Source: Octopus vulgaris
Taxonomy: Eukaryota
Direction: 5' to 3'
Length of the DNA stretch: 64,000 nucleotides
NCBI GenBank assembly: GCA_951406725.2
Contig: OX597830.1
Coordinates: 8,184,001 to 8,248,000 of the forward strand
The notes beneath the pieces are model-generated. The model ran no database searches. It was not told where the DNA came from and was given only the letters and a program-made list of their open reading frames with translations. The position numbers and the translations under genes are program-made. This document shows positions 50,404-64,000 of this stretch, in pieces. Every line of letters begins with the position of its first letter. Position 1 is the first letter of the stretch.

Positions 50404-50788
50404 AGTGCAATAGGTGTACAATATGTAGTACAACAATATGTAGTAAACGAATATGAAAAAAAAATTCGCGCTGGCGAACGGTAGGGGGAGCAGGGGAGAG
50501 GCCTCGGAAAATTCACATCGGGAATGTTCCGAGTCCTCTCACCACTTCCCCGTTCGTACGCGAAATTGTTTTTGTCTTCCTATTCGTTTACTCTACATTA
50601 TTTCACATCTAATGCACTCCTTTTTTTTTTTCATTTGTGTGACCGGGTATTAAAGTTGAGTTTTCGGATCCTGTGAGATTTGATCGTGTGAATTTTCCGG
50701 GTCGTCTCCCCACCCCGTTCGCCAGCGCGCACCTGTTTCTTTTTTTTTGATATTCGTTTACTACATGTTGTTGTACACCTATTGCACT
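50404..50788. mobile_element. MITE/foldback with ~110-bp imperfect TIRs
   Basis: agtgcaataggtgtaca...gcgctggcgaacgg...ggaaaattcaca versus tgtgaattttcc...ccgttcgccagcgc...tgtacacctattgcact. Confidence 0.7.
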
Positions 50789-51688
50789 TTTTTTCAGTTT
50801 CCGTCTACCAAATCCATTCACAAGGCTTTGGTCGGCCTGAGGCTATAGTAGAAGACACTTGCCCAAGGTGCCACGCAGTGGGTGGGACTGAACCCGGAAC
50901 CATATGGTCAAAGAAACCTGTTACCACACGGCCACACCTGCGCCTAAAAAGCACCTGTTGTTATATTTTTATTGTTGTTATGGGTGTTGTTGTCATTACT
51001 TGTCCTTGTTTACGGTTGTTATTCGTCTTATTGTGTCTGTTGTTGTTATTATGGTTGTATTGTTGTTGTTGTTGTTTTGTTGTTGTTTTTGTCGATGATG
51101 TCTATAAAACCTGCACTCACCTTTATTCGAAGCTGGTCTGTTTGGTGATTATTCAGCTCTGTTATGGTGTTTGATAACACACGGACACACAGACAGACGG
51201 AGAGAGAGAGATAAAGAAAGAGAGAGAAGGAGAGAGAGTTAATGGCCACACACACAAAGAAACAGAGAGGAAGGAGAGACGGACACACACACACACACAG
51301 TATATGTATATAAATAGAGAGAGCAAACAGCAGAGGTGACATATCTTAATACACAGAAACAACACAAGCACTTACACACACATACATGCATATATACACA
51401 CATACATACATACACACATACATACACACAGTCTGTGAGAGACACACATACAATAGAGACAGTCAAACAGAGAGAGGGGGAGAGAGAGAAAAAGAGAAAG
51501 AAGAAACTGATAAAGATGAATAACACACGTATACACACACATACACACGCATATACACACACATGCACACATAAACGCATATACACACACAGAAAACCTT
51601 GTATACATAGTTACACTCACACATACACAAATGTAACAACACACATACATACGTTTGAACGAATACACATATTTATGTAATTGTATGT

Positions 51689-51756
<68 letters not shown>

Positions 51757-52214
51757 CACACACACACACAAACAACTACATTTTATGCCCTAATTATAAT
51801 TGATTTACGTTCGGTTTTCATGCCGGCATGAGTTACAGCAGTTATCTCAGTGTTCTACAAATTGATGCCTTTCCTGTCCCCAACACTTCTTAATCGCTTC
51901 ATCCGACACGCACTTGTAATGGGAGCAACCATCATTCATCGGGAATGGGGGTTAGCGGAGATTTTCAATTATTGAAACGGATCCGCCATACAGCAGTTTA
52001 ATTTGCCAAAAGGTTTTTAAAAATATCACAGAATTAAATTTGGGTAATAATTATAATTATAATTGTATGAAAACTATGGGTAAGTTCTTTTGTGGAAACC
52101 CCTTCCCATCACTGTAATGCATGTGTGTGTGTGTATGCGTGCGTGCACAAACACACACACACACACATACTTTCATAAACGTGGTGATAGCAACTTCGGC
52201 CATCATGGAGTGTT

Positions 52215-52652
<438 letters not shown>

Positions 52653-53990
52653 ACACGTGCACACATACACATACACACACGTGTACACACACTGAAACAT
52701 GCGCACAAACTAAAACACACACACACACACGAAGAGTCACGCTGAAATATTTTTCGACACAACTCCCACATTCCTAGCAACCATCAACACCAACTCTGTT
52801 GCTAACATTTGACCAATGAAATACAGCTATTGATATCACGTGACCAACACTTAATTACCTAGCGTCAGTGGTAGTTATAGTGACCGAGTGGGCGCTGATG
52901 ATGGCGGTGACGGCGGCAGCGGCGGCGGTAGTGGTAATGAATGGTGGCACAGGAAGTTGGTGGTGGTGTAGCGGAGCATTTATGTTGTGGTGATGGTGGT
53001 GGTGGTGGTGGTGGTGTCGGCCGCTATGCTCTGCTGGTGACATCGACAGCAGTGACAATAGCAGTAATGGTCTGCTTGCAGTGGTGATGATGATGGTGGT
53101 TGTGATGGTGGTTAAATTCCGCCGAGGTCGACTTTGCCTTTCATCCTTTCGGGGTCGATAAATTAAGTACCAGTTACGCACTGGGGTCGATGTAATCGAC
53201 TTAATACCTATGTCTGTCCTTGTTTGTCCCCTCTGTGTTTAGCCCCTTGTGGGTAATAAAGAAATAGGTTGTAATATCAAGGCTGGAGGTGATGCTGTTA
53301 ATGATACGGTGGAAAGATAAAGCGATGTCGTTTATGGTGACAGTGGTGGTGGTGGCGAGTCATCGTTGTTGTTAAGTGTATATGTGTGTGTGTTTGTGTG
53401 TATGTGTGTTTGTGTGTGTCTGTAGCTCTGGCGTTTATATACGAGCTGGCAGAAACGTTAGCACGCCGGATGAAATGCTAAGCGGTATTTCGTCTGCGTT
53501 ACGTTGTGAGTTCAAATTCCGCCGAGGTTGACTTTGCCTTTCATCCTTTCGGGGTCGATAAATTAAGTACCAGTTCCGCACTGGGGTCGATGTAATCGAC
53601 TTAATACCTATGTCTGTCCTTGTTTGTCCCCTCTGTGTTTGGCCCCTGTGGGTAATAAAGAAATAGATATAGCTGTAATTAGCCCTATTTATGCGCGTAC
53701 GTGTGTCTGTCTGTGTGTGTGTATATATACGTGTGTGTGTGTGGCTATGTACGACCCCATGTAGGTAAGTCTCAGTCTATGGAACATCTCTGTGCTCTCC
53801 TCAATGGTAGCAACGCAAACACACCTACGTGACTTTTATCAAGTTTATCTCCATTTCTCCCGACTCCCACCTCACTCCCCTCACAATCTCCCTCCCTCTA
53901 ACCCCACCACCTGCATCACCTCTTCATTTCATTCAATTCATCATTTACTGATCTGTTTATGTATCTCTCTATTTCTTTGCTTGATCACCC

Positions 53991-54045
<55 letters not shown>

Positions 54046-54066
54046 CATCTATCCATCTATCCATCC

Positions 54067-54121
<55 letters not shown>

Positions 54122-54714
54122 CATCTACCTATCTATTGAACGATCAATCTATCTATCTATCTACCCATCTTTCTTTTACTCAGATGGAAGACAAGGCCCC
54201 ACTCCCCCTAAATTCTCCCCATCCCACATCCACCACTACAACCCCCCCTCGTCTTTAATGCCAATGATACCAAACCATCAAGAGCCATCCCGGTTTACAG
54301 GTGTCACCCTGTCATATATTTCCTTCTCTCCCCTAGAATTACGAATTTATAAATTTGACAGTAGGTGGTAGGGCGGGACCGCATGGGCTCGGGAATAGGG
54401 GGTGCAGGGGGTACAAGTGCACACCCTAGAATTTTTGTGGGGAGCAAAATCAAAACTTGCACCCCTACTTACTTTCATGAGGTTTGGAAAACAATGAACA
54501 AAAAGTGATCCTTAAAAAGTGGCTCGAATTTAGGTTTCTTCACAAAGAACAAAAATTAATTAAAAAGAAAACAGTAAGACCTTGTTTGTAAAAGTTTTTG
54601 GACTTGGTTTTGCAACCCCTAAGCAAATTTTATTCCCAAGCCAGTGGGCAGGGGACAAGAGAAGACAACTATTGAGTAATCATCTTAACTTACAATTACA
54701 CCATTAGTATATTC

Positions 54715-54767
<53 letters not shown>

Positions 54768-55333
54768 CTTCTCTCTTTCATTCATTTTTTAAAAAACTTT
54801 ATCTTCCTCAACATCAACCAAAACAGAATCTGAAATACCTGGAAAATCACGTTTAATTGATTCAGTAACCTTTATTTTATCCCTTTTAAGAAAAGTTAAG
54901 TCACATCTCCTAAAAGGAATAATTCTTTTGTTTCTCAGTGTACCATTATTGTAATATTGGATGATTCTAGAATCGATCTTAAGTTCTTTAATAGTTCTCA
55001 AATCTTAAGTTCTGTAATTGCCTCTGTGGTATGATTAAACCCTTCATTAATTAATGATATAAGTTTTGGCTTTTTAATAAAAAAAAAACCTAGCTTTTCA
55101 GTGTTACTTGACTGAAGAGTAGGACAGAAACATCTGGCCCAGAGTTACAATGTCTGACTTAACAAAACTCATGCTGTTATGTGGAAGTGTTGTTGCCTGC
55201 ATCCAGTGGGTAGCCTCAGGATGCTCTGGTGGTGTGATGAAAAGGACCAAAATGCCACCAGATGAGATATCAACTCCTGCATCTGGAGATGGAGTTCAGC
55301 AGCACTTTAACCACCTAAGTGTTTACCCCAAAT

Positions 55334-55645
55334 CAGGGGTCCCCAAAACTTTTTAGACCATCGATCCCTTCATGAAGTCCTTGACCCCTCATCGACTCCT
55401 TCATGGAATCCTTGACCCCACACCGACCCCTTCATGGAATCCTTGATCTCCTCATTAAACCCTTTTTGGAACCCTTGACCCCGCATCGACCCCTTCATGG
55501 AATCTTTGATCCCCTCACCGACCGCCCCACCCCAGGCACGTACAAGAAAATAAATAAATAATAATAATAATTAAGTAGATGTACATTTATCAACCCCTTG
55601 AATAATCCCATTGACCCCTAAGGGGTCAATATTGACCAATTTGGT
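55334..55645 (+). mobile_element. hAT-like MITE remnant with internal ~29-30 bp tandem repeats
   Basis: Starts caggggtccccaaa and carries about 5-6 copies of catcgaccccttcatggaatccttgaccc(c). Confidence 0.65.
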
Positions 55646-56129
55646 CGATATTCTTATTCTTATGACAAATCATTATAACATTTTGCTAAATATTTCTTAC
55701 GGTTACCCTCTTTTCTTCCATTGACAAACACCTTCAAAATATCCCTTTTAATTGGTAATACTGACATTTAGTCAGTTGTGCAGGGCTGATAGTTCATCAA
55801 CAATATGAATCCCTTCAGAAATAAGACATGTCTTTATTTTGCAGGGGTAGGTGTGATTTTTGTGTCTTGCATTCTAGAAACTTTTAATTTAAAACCTTTC
55901 CTCCGAAAAATCAATCTTTAACAAAATTTTGCTGATGTCCTCAAGACAGTTGGCATAAGAGGATTATTTTCACGAGACCTAGCTCTTCATTGGCTGCAAT
56001 GTCGACTGTTCCAGATGATTCAATCTGCAGAACAGCCTTACTCATGAAATTAACATGCAAGTGGCTGAGTACACCACAAACAGGCATGCCCTAATTATGT
56101 TAAGGGCATTGCTTCAGTCCATTTGTGGT

Positions 56130-57235
56130 TTAAAAGCCACACAGATGAACATGCAAAGTAGATTAATTTGGGAACTCATGCTTCATGAGTTCAAACTGGG
56201 CCATAATGCCATGGAAGCAATCAAGAATATTTGTTGTACAAAAGGTGAAGGTGCAGTTGATCACAGCACAGTAACCAGATCATTCAAAGAATTTCACTTG
56301 GGTTGTAAGAACCTCAATGAACAGGCAAGGTTAGTTAGGCCTAAAACTGTGGATTGTGAGGCCATGCTCTGAGCTATAAAGGCAAATCCACTGATTAGGT
56401 TTCAGAAGGTATCGGGCAAGCTTGGAATTTCACTGATGTATGCTATTGTATAACAAAACCACCCAGCTTTGATTAACAGAAATTGAGCTCTTTTGCAGCA
56501 AGACAATGCAAGACCTCACACTGTTCGAACAACCTGGAATAAACTCCAGAAACTCAAGGGAATCGAATGGGTATATATATAGGCATATACATACATATAT
56601 AGGCATACACATACATATATAGGCATACACACACATATAGGTGTACACACACATATGTATATTTCTTTATTGCTCACAGGGGGATAAATGCAGAGGAGAC
56701 AAACAAGAACAGACAAAGGGATTAAGTTGATTACATCAACTCCAGTGAGTAACTGGTACTTATTTAATTGACCCCGAAAGGATGAAAGGCAATGTTGACT
56801 TTGACGGAATTTGAACTCAGAATGTAACGGCAGACAAAATACTGCTAAGCATTTCGTCCAGCATGCTAACAATTCTGCCAGTTTGCCACCTTATACACAT
56901 ACATATATAGGCATACACACACATATATAGGCATACACACCCAGCATATAGTCCAGACCTATCTCCTTTGGATTATTACTTGTTGCTATCCATGGCTCAC
57001 CTGCTTCACTTGCAACGCTTCATCAACCAAGAGGAAGCTTCAATGAAGGAATTCTTCACTTTGGAGGACAAGAACTGGTATCAGCATGGGATCAAAGAAC
57101 TGGCAGAAAGCCGTCTTCAGACTGTGCAACACAATGGCCTCTACTTGGCATGCTAGGCTGCTTTTGTTGTCACTTGAGGAATAAAACAAATATAATTTAC
57201 CAAAATATTGCAAAACTTTGGACTCGTCACAATAA
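56130..57235 (+). pseudogene. Internally deleted mariner transposase remnant with nested microsatellite/SINE insertion (~56572-56935)
   Basis: HTH region LHEFKLGHNA.EA.KNIC...GEGAV..STV.R.F..F..G, then LLQQDNARPH at ~56490, then HPAYSPDLSPLDYYL after the insertion. Confidence 0.85.
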
Positions 57236-57725
57236 AGCACATGGGTTGAGATGGGTTAATGATGTTATCACCATAATGTCTTATGTAATAAGTTCATCTC
57301 CTTATAGCCATCTTAAGCACGAAATCTCAGAACCTGCTGAGATATCAATATCGATAATAAAATGGATTGGTTTCAATGGTTTAGTGATGTCATTAACTTG
57401 TGGACGAGAAGAACAGCCTTCGTGACTGAATCTCAGCAAAAAAAGATGCTAATTGTTGCCAACTTTCTATTTCTGGTTTGTGCTCATGAATCTATCATTG
57501 TCTGGAAAAATTACCATGCAAACGATTCTGCAAACCAATAAATCTTGTTTAGCTTTTTTTTTTTATTATCAAACAATCATCGACCCGGCTTTATTCGTAA
57601 AACGGTGATTGTATGGGAAATAAAAACAAAATAACACAACCAAATAATAATAACAATAATAATAATAATAAGAAGAATAATGATAATAATAATAGTGGTG
57701 GTGATGGTGATGATGATGATGATGC

Positions 57726-57774
<49 letters not shown>

Positions 57775-58737
57775 GCTGATATAAACAAAAAAGCAACTTA
57801 TTTAATGATACATATGCAATGATTAATAGCCATTATATTGCACGTAGGTAAATCCATCTTCCCAGTTTGTTGTATCATGTCTCCGCCTGTCTAAAACGCA
57901 TTGCAGTGATGAATCTAATCGCTTGCACTTTAAAGGGGCCAGACATACTGCACTTTCACTATTGTCCTGTCCATTTCTGCATTCCCGGAGATTCTGGTTG
58001 TGGCCGCTGGAGAAGCAGCAGATGTGAAATCACTTCAAGAACAATGGTCGCTGTTCCATTATGCAGTTTTTGTTTGCAGTGTGTGCATCTGATACAGACG
58101 CATGTAGAAATACACACACACACATACATATGCATATACAAATATATATTTATATATACATATGTTTATGTATATATATATAGTTATTTATTTATTCATT
58201 TATTTATTTATTTATTTATGCGCCATTTTCAAGCTCATGGGCCCGGCTTCCTGGGACTATATTACAATGGCATCTATAGGCAATTTAAGTTGGATTGTCT
58301 CTTGACCATAGGCTGAAACAGCTGTAAGGAGCAGTTTATTTGTATTATTTTTATTTTATTATCAATTTGCATATTGATGTATGTTATTTTGTTCGATTTT
58401 CATGTTCCTATTTGTATAATTAATAAATAATGTAAAATTGTAATATCCGTAAATTGATGATCGAAATGAATTTGTTTCTCCATTTTCTTATTTGTATTAT
58501 GAATTTACGGTAAAATATTTTTTACCTTCACCCATTCAATACAATAAATGAATTAATTGCACTGCAATTATAAGCATTTATGTATTTAGTATTTGGGTAC
58601 TTCACCAGCAGTATATTGGATAATTGATATCCCATAGTGGGTTACACTCATAACCCCTATCTCACTTTGTACTATATATATATATATATATAGTAACATA
58701 TTGATAATTTTTGTATATGTGGAGTATATATATGTAG

Positions 58738-58806
<69 letters not shown>

Positions 58807-59152
58807 TACATATATATACTCCACATATACAAAAATTATCAATATGTTACTGGTGAAAAAAGAATTAAAGAGTACTCAATACCAAAGGTTAGAGTATAAA
58901 TTAATGTTTATTATATAAGTTACAGTCAGAATACCAAGTCGATACCCTGTTTCCTGTTAATAGAGTAGGTCCACCAACAATAGTCAATCAGTTGAAGATC
59001 TGAATGTATGCCATAAAAATGTGGCCACCTGAAATATTTATTTCATGTTAAAGACGTATATATAAATATATGGCTATGCACACATATAGATATATATATA
59101 TCTATATCTATGTGCATGGCTGTCTATGCATTTGTGAGTGTATCAATATGTG

Positions 59153-59183
<31 letters not shown>

Positions 59184-59188
59184 GTATG

Positions 59189-59249
<61 letters not shown>

Positions 59250-59714
59250 CAATGTGTATATTTATGTATATATATATATATAGTCCTATCTATTTATTAC
59301 AACTAACCTTACCAATTGGTTTCAAGCTAGGGATTAAAATGGGGTGTTAGGTAATGACCTGATGAGTGAAAGGTTGTATCATCGGATTGTTACCTAACAC
59401 TCCATTGAATCCCAAGTGTGAAACTGATTCGTAAGATCGCCCATAATGGGTGTATAACGCTGTACGCTTCAAATAATATTGTCATATTTATGTATATATA
59501 TGATAGATTGTGTGTATTTATGACTATATATCTATAAACATATATATATATATATACTGTACATATATATGCATAAACAGTTTTATATAAGCTTGTGTAT
59601 ATGTGTGTGTATCTGTGTGTGAGTGTGTGTGTGTGTGTACAGAGACAGACAAGGAGAGAGAGAGAGAGAGGCAAGACAGACAGACAGACACACACACACA
59701 CACACATATGTATG

Positions 59715-59918
59715 TATGTGACCTTGTGTGTACCGTTGGCGATTTTTTTTCCTCTGTCTTCCCTTCTCTGGATCTTTCCTTCTCCTATGTTTCCGACGAA
59801 GAGCTCCGCTCGAAACGTTAAACCCTCCTTCTTTCCTGAGCGTCCAATAATACTATATTTGTTCCACAACCTCGCGTTGTTGTGTTTTTTTGTGTTTGCT
59901 TGTTTGGATTAACTTTAT
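59715..59918 (+). mobile_element. ~200-bp short element carrying an ultra-minimal hammerhead-like motif (relatives ~13193-13380, 17905-18100, 22600-22760, 44435-44630 +; 40403-40610 -)
   Basis: gttt-CCGACGA-a-gagc(tcc)gctc-GAAA-cg-TT-aaac at 59789-59823. Shared downstream ccgagcgt...ctaatacat...tgtcttcgt tract and TA/TG microsatellite flanks. Confidence 0.7.
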
Positions 59919-60430
59919 ATGCATGTATGTATGTATACATGTATGCACGTACAAGTATATTGAACAATGCAAGCATTGAAAAAAATTATTTTAAAACAAT
60001 GATGATAATGATAGTTATAGTTACGGATGCATAGCTACTACATATACTATACACCTATATCTATATGCATGTATAGCTACCTAGCTAGCAAGATAAATAG
60101 ACAAATAGGCCCCGAAGGGTATATAACAAGATGACAGCCAAAACTTGGGGTTTTTAGCAAGACACAAACCTTTATGTATAGATGTACCTGCTGAGACCCA
60201 GACTGCAAAATTGATGCATCACATGTTGAAATCCATAAGGGGCAATAGTAGGATGGGTCGAAATGACCGTTGTTATGGGGGTATTATGACAAATAAAAGG
60301 CAAAGTTGACCTCAGCAGGTTTCAAATTCAAAATATAAAGGATTGAAATAAATACTGCGGTACTTTTTATCTGGTACTCTTAATGAGTCTGCCAAACCTT
60401 ATGATAATAATAATAATAATAATAATATAC

Positions 60431-60981
60431 TGATGCAGTACCAGTTAATGGCTCTCATGGCTTCTGATCTTAACTGATTGGAAGTGTTATCATGTACATT
60501 GTTTTGTCTTGGTATAAAAGATGGGCTACAGCAAATATTCTGCTCAATACCACAGATTTGCTTGTCAGTTGTTTGACCTTAACCAGTTGAGCATGTCCCT
60601 TAGTGGCTGACGATATGTGCATCTCTGATCACGAGCAGAAGTAGTGGGGGAGCATCATAGCCATGTGTTGAGAGGGATTCCTTGGGGTTTGAATAATTCA
60701 CCTCTGGAAACATGGGTGATTCATTCAACATCCTTAAACAACCCTTATTCAGGGAGCTCTTGAGTGGAATGGGCTATTCGACCAGACGAAAATTTTAACT
60801 GGGCCCCACCTGTAAGGTCATGCACTGTTAATCTTGATATGAGATCACCATGTCGCACACATATGGTTGTGATGCATGTGCCTGGTGTACCTTTATCAGA
60901 CAGGTAGTCATGATGGGTATACTGGGCTTCGTATATTTTACCCCAGTGTCACTTTGATGGCATGCTCTGCTCTCTCACTCA
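60431..60981 (+). mobile_element. Intact G-family non-coding element in a (TAA)n array
   Basis: High similarity to the copy at 24605-26052. TAA repeats on both sides, no TIR, no tRNA head recognised. Confidence 0.85.
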
Positions 60982-61005
60982 ATAATAATAATAATAATAA
61001 TGATA

Positions 61006-61039
<34 letters not shown>

Positions 61040-61040
<1 letters not shown>

Positions 61041-61331
61041 TGAGATCGCTAAGATGGCAGCTACGAGAATCAACCATAAAGGTTATCCCTATTGTCATTG
61101 GCGTATTGGGTTCAATAACACCCAATCTGAAAAAAACATCAGAAAACCTTAGAAATACCCTAAAATCTAGGGGTATTGCTAAAGTCGGCATTACTTGGAA
61201 CTGCAAGCATATTGCATAAAGTATTGTGTGTCTGAGGTCCTTGTTGTGACTTGACAAACAGTACAAACCCCCGGTGGACACAATATCTTCAGTCAGCAAC
61301 CTCACGATATTGGATACTGTGCAATGTCTTA
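61040..61331 (+). mobile_element. R4/Dong-type non-LTR retrotransposon 3' fragment 1 (restriction-like endonuclease C-terminus plus 3' UTR)
   Basis: Degenerate translation KVIPIVIGVLGSI...LKSALLGTASILHKVL*, flanked by TAA repeats. Confidence 0.75.
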
Positions 61332-61490
61332 AATAATATTAATGATAACAATAAGACCTGAAGAAAATTCTAACTGGGCCCCACCTGCAAGGTCATGTGC
61401 TGTTTATTTTGATATGAGATCACCATGTAGTGCACATATCTTCAATGTCTTCAGTCAACAACCTCACGACATTGTATACTGTGTGACATC

Positions 61491-61520
<30 letters not shown>

Positions 61521-61523
<3 letters not shown>

Positions 61524-61905
61524 GATCTGTAAATATAAAGACTTGCTAATAGAAATTGAAAAAATGTGACATCTCAAGGCGGCTACAGTACCAGTGATTG
61601 TAGGATCTCTAGGAATGATAAAAAAAGGTACTGAAACCTATTTGAAAATGATACCAGGCTTACCATCCCTACAGGAAGTGCAAAAAATCGTGTTAACTGG
61701 AATGACTCATGTACTTGAGAAGAGCATTATCACTGTGAAAACAACATCCATTCATGAATTTATTTATTTATTAAATTTTTTAAATACATATTTTACCTGT
61801 GAATTTGCGTGTATAATCTGGGAATGCATACAATGAGCTTCTCTGCCCTAGGTGTACAGAAAACACTCGGCGAGAAACGGAAAGAAATTTGAAGAAAGAA
61901 GGAAA
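61521..61905 (+). mobile_element. R4/Dong-type 3' fragment 2
   Basis: KYKDLLIEIEKM*HLKAATVPVIVGSLGMIKKG...LQEVQKIVLTGMTHVL, with TAA arrays on both sides. Confidence 0.8.
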
Positions 61906-62217
61906 AAAAAAATAATAATAATAATAATAATAATAACAATAATAGTAATACTTTCTACTTTAGGCACAAGGCCAGAAATTTTAGTGGAGAGGGATCTAGT
62001 CAACTACATCAGTCCTTGTATTCAACTGGTACTTTATTTTATCGAACCTGAAACAATGAAAGGTAAAGTTGACTTCAGCAGAATTTGAACTCAGAACATA
62101 AATGCAGACAAAATGCTGCTAAGCCTTATGTTTGACATGTTAATGATACTGCCAACTTATCACCTTAATAACAATAATAATAATCATAGTAATAATAATA
62201 ACGATAATAATAATAAA

Positions 62218-62695
62218 TGAGAAAGCAACCATACTCTGGGATGGGCCAATACACACAGATAGAATAATTAAGGCCAATACGCTGGATATAGTTATCAGAG
62301 ATCACCAAGAAAAACAAATGCTTTCTAATCGATGTATCAATACCAACAGAAGACAATGCTTCTCTAAAAGAAACAGAGAAACTTTCAAAATATAAAGATC
62401 TGGAAATAGAGGTAACTCGAATGTGGAGTCTAAAAACAGAAGCAATTCCACAGTAGGTGCATTAGGCATGATAAAAAGAGACATTCAGAGAAATACATAA
62501 CAAAAACACCAATGTTAACAAGTATATATAACATACAGAAAATAGCACTACTAGGCACCGTGCACATCCTATGTAAAAACACTTTCAATACAGTAAAAAT
62601 AAGAGCATCACAACAAATCACAACACATATCCAAGGCACACAGAGCTGCGCTTGGTAGTGCAGTGGAAGCACATGATAAAAATAAGGCTACTGAA
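62218..62695 (+). mobile_element. R4/Dong-type 3' fragment 3 with PD-(D/E)xK-like endonuclease region
   Basis: ILWDGPIHTDRIIKANTLDIVIRD / CFLIDVSIPTEDNASLKETEKLSKYKDLEIEVTRMW...IQKIALLGTVHIL (frameshifted), ending in (TAA)n. Confidence 0.85.
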
Positions 62696-63462
62696 TAATA
62701 ATAATAATAATAATTTAAAACATCTCATAATACTAAAAACCATATACAAACAGAGGGAAATATATATATAAACTTTCCGATTTGGAATAATCCGGAGTTT
62801 ATTATCAAAATTCTTTTTGCAAAGGATATAGATAATAAGGTGGAACATATATAAGGGAGACAGAGGGATAATGTTGCACCTGTGTTTTGTGATAATTCTT
62901 TGGAAAAGGAAACATTACTGTAGTGGGAATCTATAGGAAGCTTTTTCGGAGACAGCCCAGGTACCAATTTTTCAGGGAGGGCCTGGGTAAGGATCTCTTA
63001 CAGTGAGTTTATGCAAGGGTTTTTCAGAGAAGACCTAGATAAGGGCTTTTTAAAATGAGGCTACTCTTTTACTTGTTTCAGTCATTTGACTGCGGCCATG
63101 CTGGAGCACCACCTTTAGTCGAGCAAATCGACCCCAAGACTTATTCTTTGTAAACCTAGTACTTATTCTATCGGTCTCTTTTGCCGAACCGCTAAGTTAC
63201 GGAGACATAAACACACCAGCATCGGTTGCCAAGCAATGTTGGGGGGACTAACACAGACGCACAAACATATACACACACACACACATATATATATATACAT
63301 ATATGCGACGGGCTTCTTTCAGTTTCCATGGACCAAATCCACTCATAAGGCTTTGGTTGGCCCTAGGCCATAGTAGAAGACACTTGCCCAAGATGCCACG
63401 CAGTGGGACTGAACCTGGAACCATGTGGTTGGTAAACAAGCTACTTACCACACAGCCTCCCC

Positions 63463-63502
<40 letters not shown>

Positions 63503-63585
63503 GGTCCCGGGTTGATTCGGGGTTAACCACAGTAAGTAAGGTACTCAATACATAGCAGAGTAAAATTAATTTATTATATAGAAGG

Positions 63586-63636
63586 AGCTTCTACAGGACT
63601 AGTACTGTTTCATTCAAGAGAAATCTTCAGGAAGCT
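63586..63636 (-). ncRNA. Type-I hammerhead, canonical core
   Basis: Minus strand: agcttc-CTGAAGA-tttc(tctt)gaat-GAAA-cag(tactagtc)ctg-TA-gaagct, with a perfect 6-bp helix I. Confidence 0.78.
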
Positions 63637-64000
63637 ATTTAACAAGAATTGTATTAGCATTTATACATTTAGGCAGGTTTAAAGGAGTGGTGGTGGGGGA
63701 CTTTTTGGGGGTAGGCATAGCGCAAAATATCATACTTGGGGGAGTGGTCAAGGAGTCAGTGGTAAGTTAGATGAAAGAATAGATAAATAAAAAAATAAAA
63801 AAATAAAAAAATAAAAAAATAAAAAATAAAAAAAATAAAAAAATAAAAAATATAAAAAATATATATAAAAAAATATATATATATATATAAAAAATATATA
63901 TAAAAAAAGGGGGGATAGAGTTATAGGTAAATAAGGAGATTCTCACTTATACCTATACACACATGTATACGTATCTACACACACATACATACATACACAT

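Noticed and set aside
55108-55145. ctgaaga...gaaac hammerhead-like string (also 19215-19250, 38826-38850, 59359-59371)
   Set aside because: There is no valid helix II/III or UH site.
58918-58995. Possible minus-strand hammerhead (ctgattga...ggaaacag...ctgta)
   Set aside because: Helix II- and III-like pairing is visible but the core has no 3-8 pair and helix I is absent. At best it is a decayed copy.

Overview
This is AT-rich, microsatellite-dense eukaryotic genomic DNA. The repeat families look like those of octopus/coleoid cephalopods, which is my inference from recognition and not from a search. About half the window is recognisable interspersed repeat: at least five SINE families, mariner/hAT/pogo-type MITEs, non-autonomous Helitrons, RTE and CR1-type LINE fragments, a cluster of R4/Dong-type 3' ends in TAA arrays, and a Penelope-like GIY-YIG fragment. 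Only one host exon is well supported, a doublecortin-domain coding exon on the minus strand at 36133-36532. A coiled-coil exon at 9446-9893 (-) is plausible. Most ORF-track entries are microsatellite or SINE read-throughs. The most notable signal is about 14 type-I hammerhead ribozyme folds. They sit in short TA-flanked elements and in tail-out inverted-repeat (foldback) elements. They include canonical C3-G8 cores plus compensatory U3-A8 and G3-C8 cores, palindromic helix III loops, and long helix II inserts. One foldback family is physically joined to the Penelope GIY-YIG ORF, which ties this system to Penelope-like retroelements. All folds and identities were assessed by eye.
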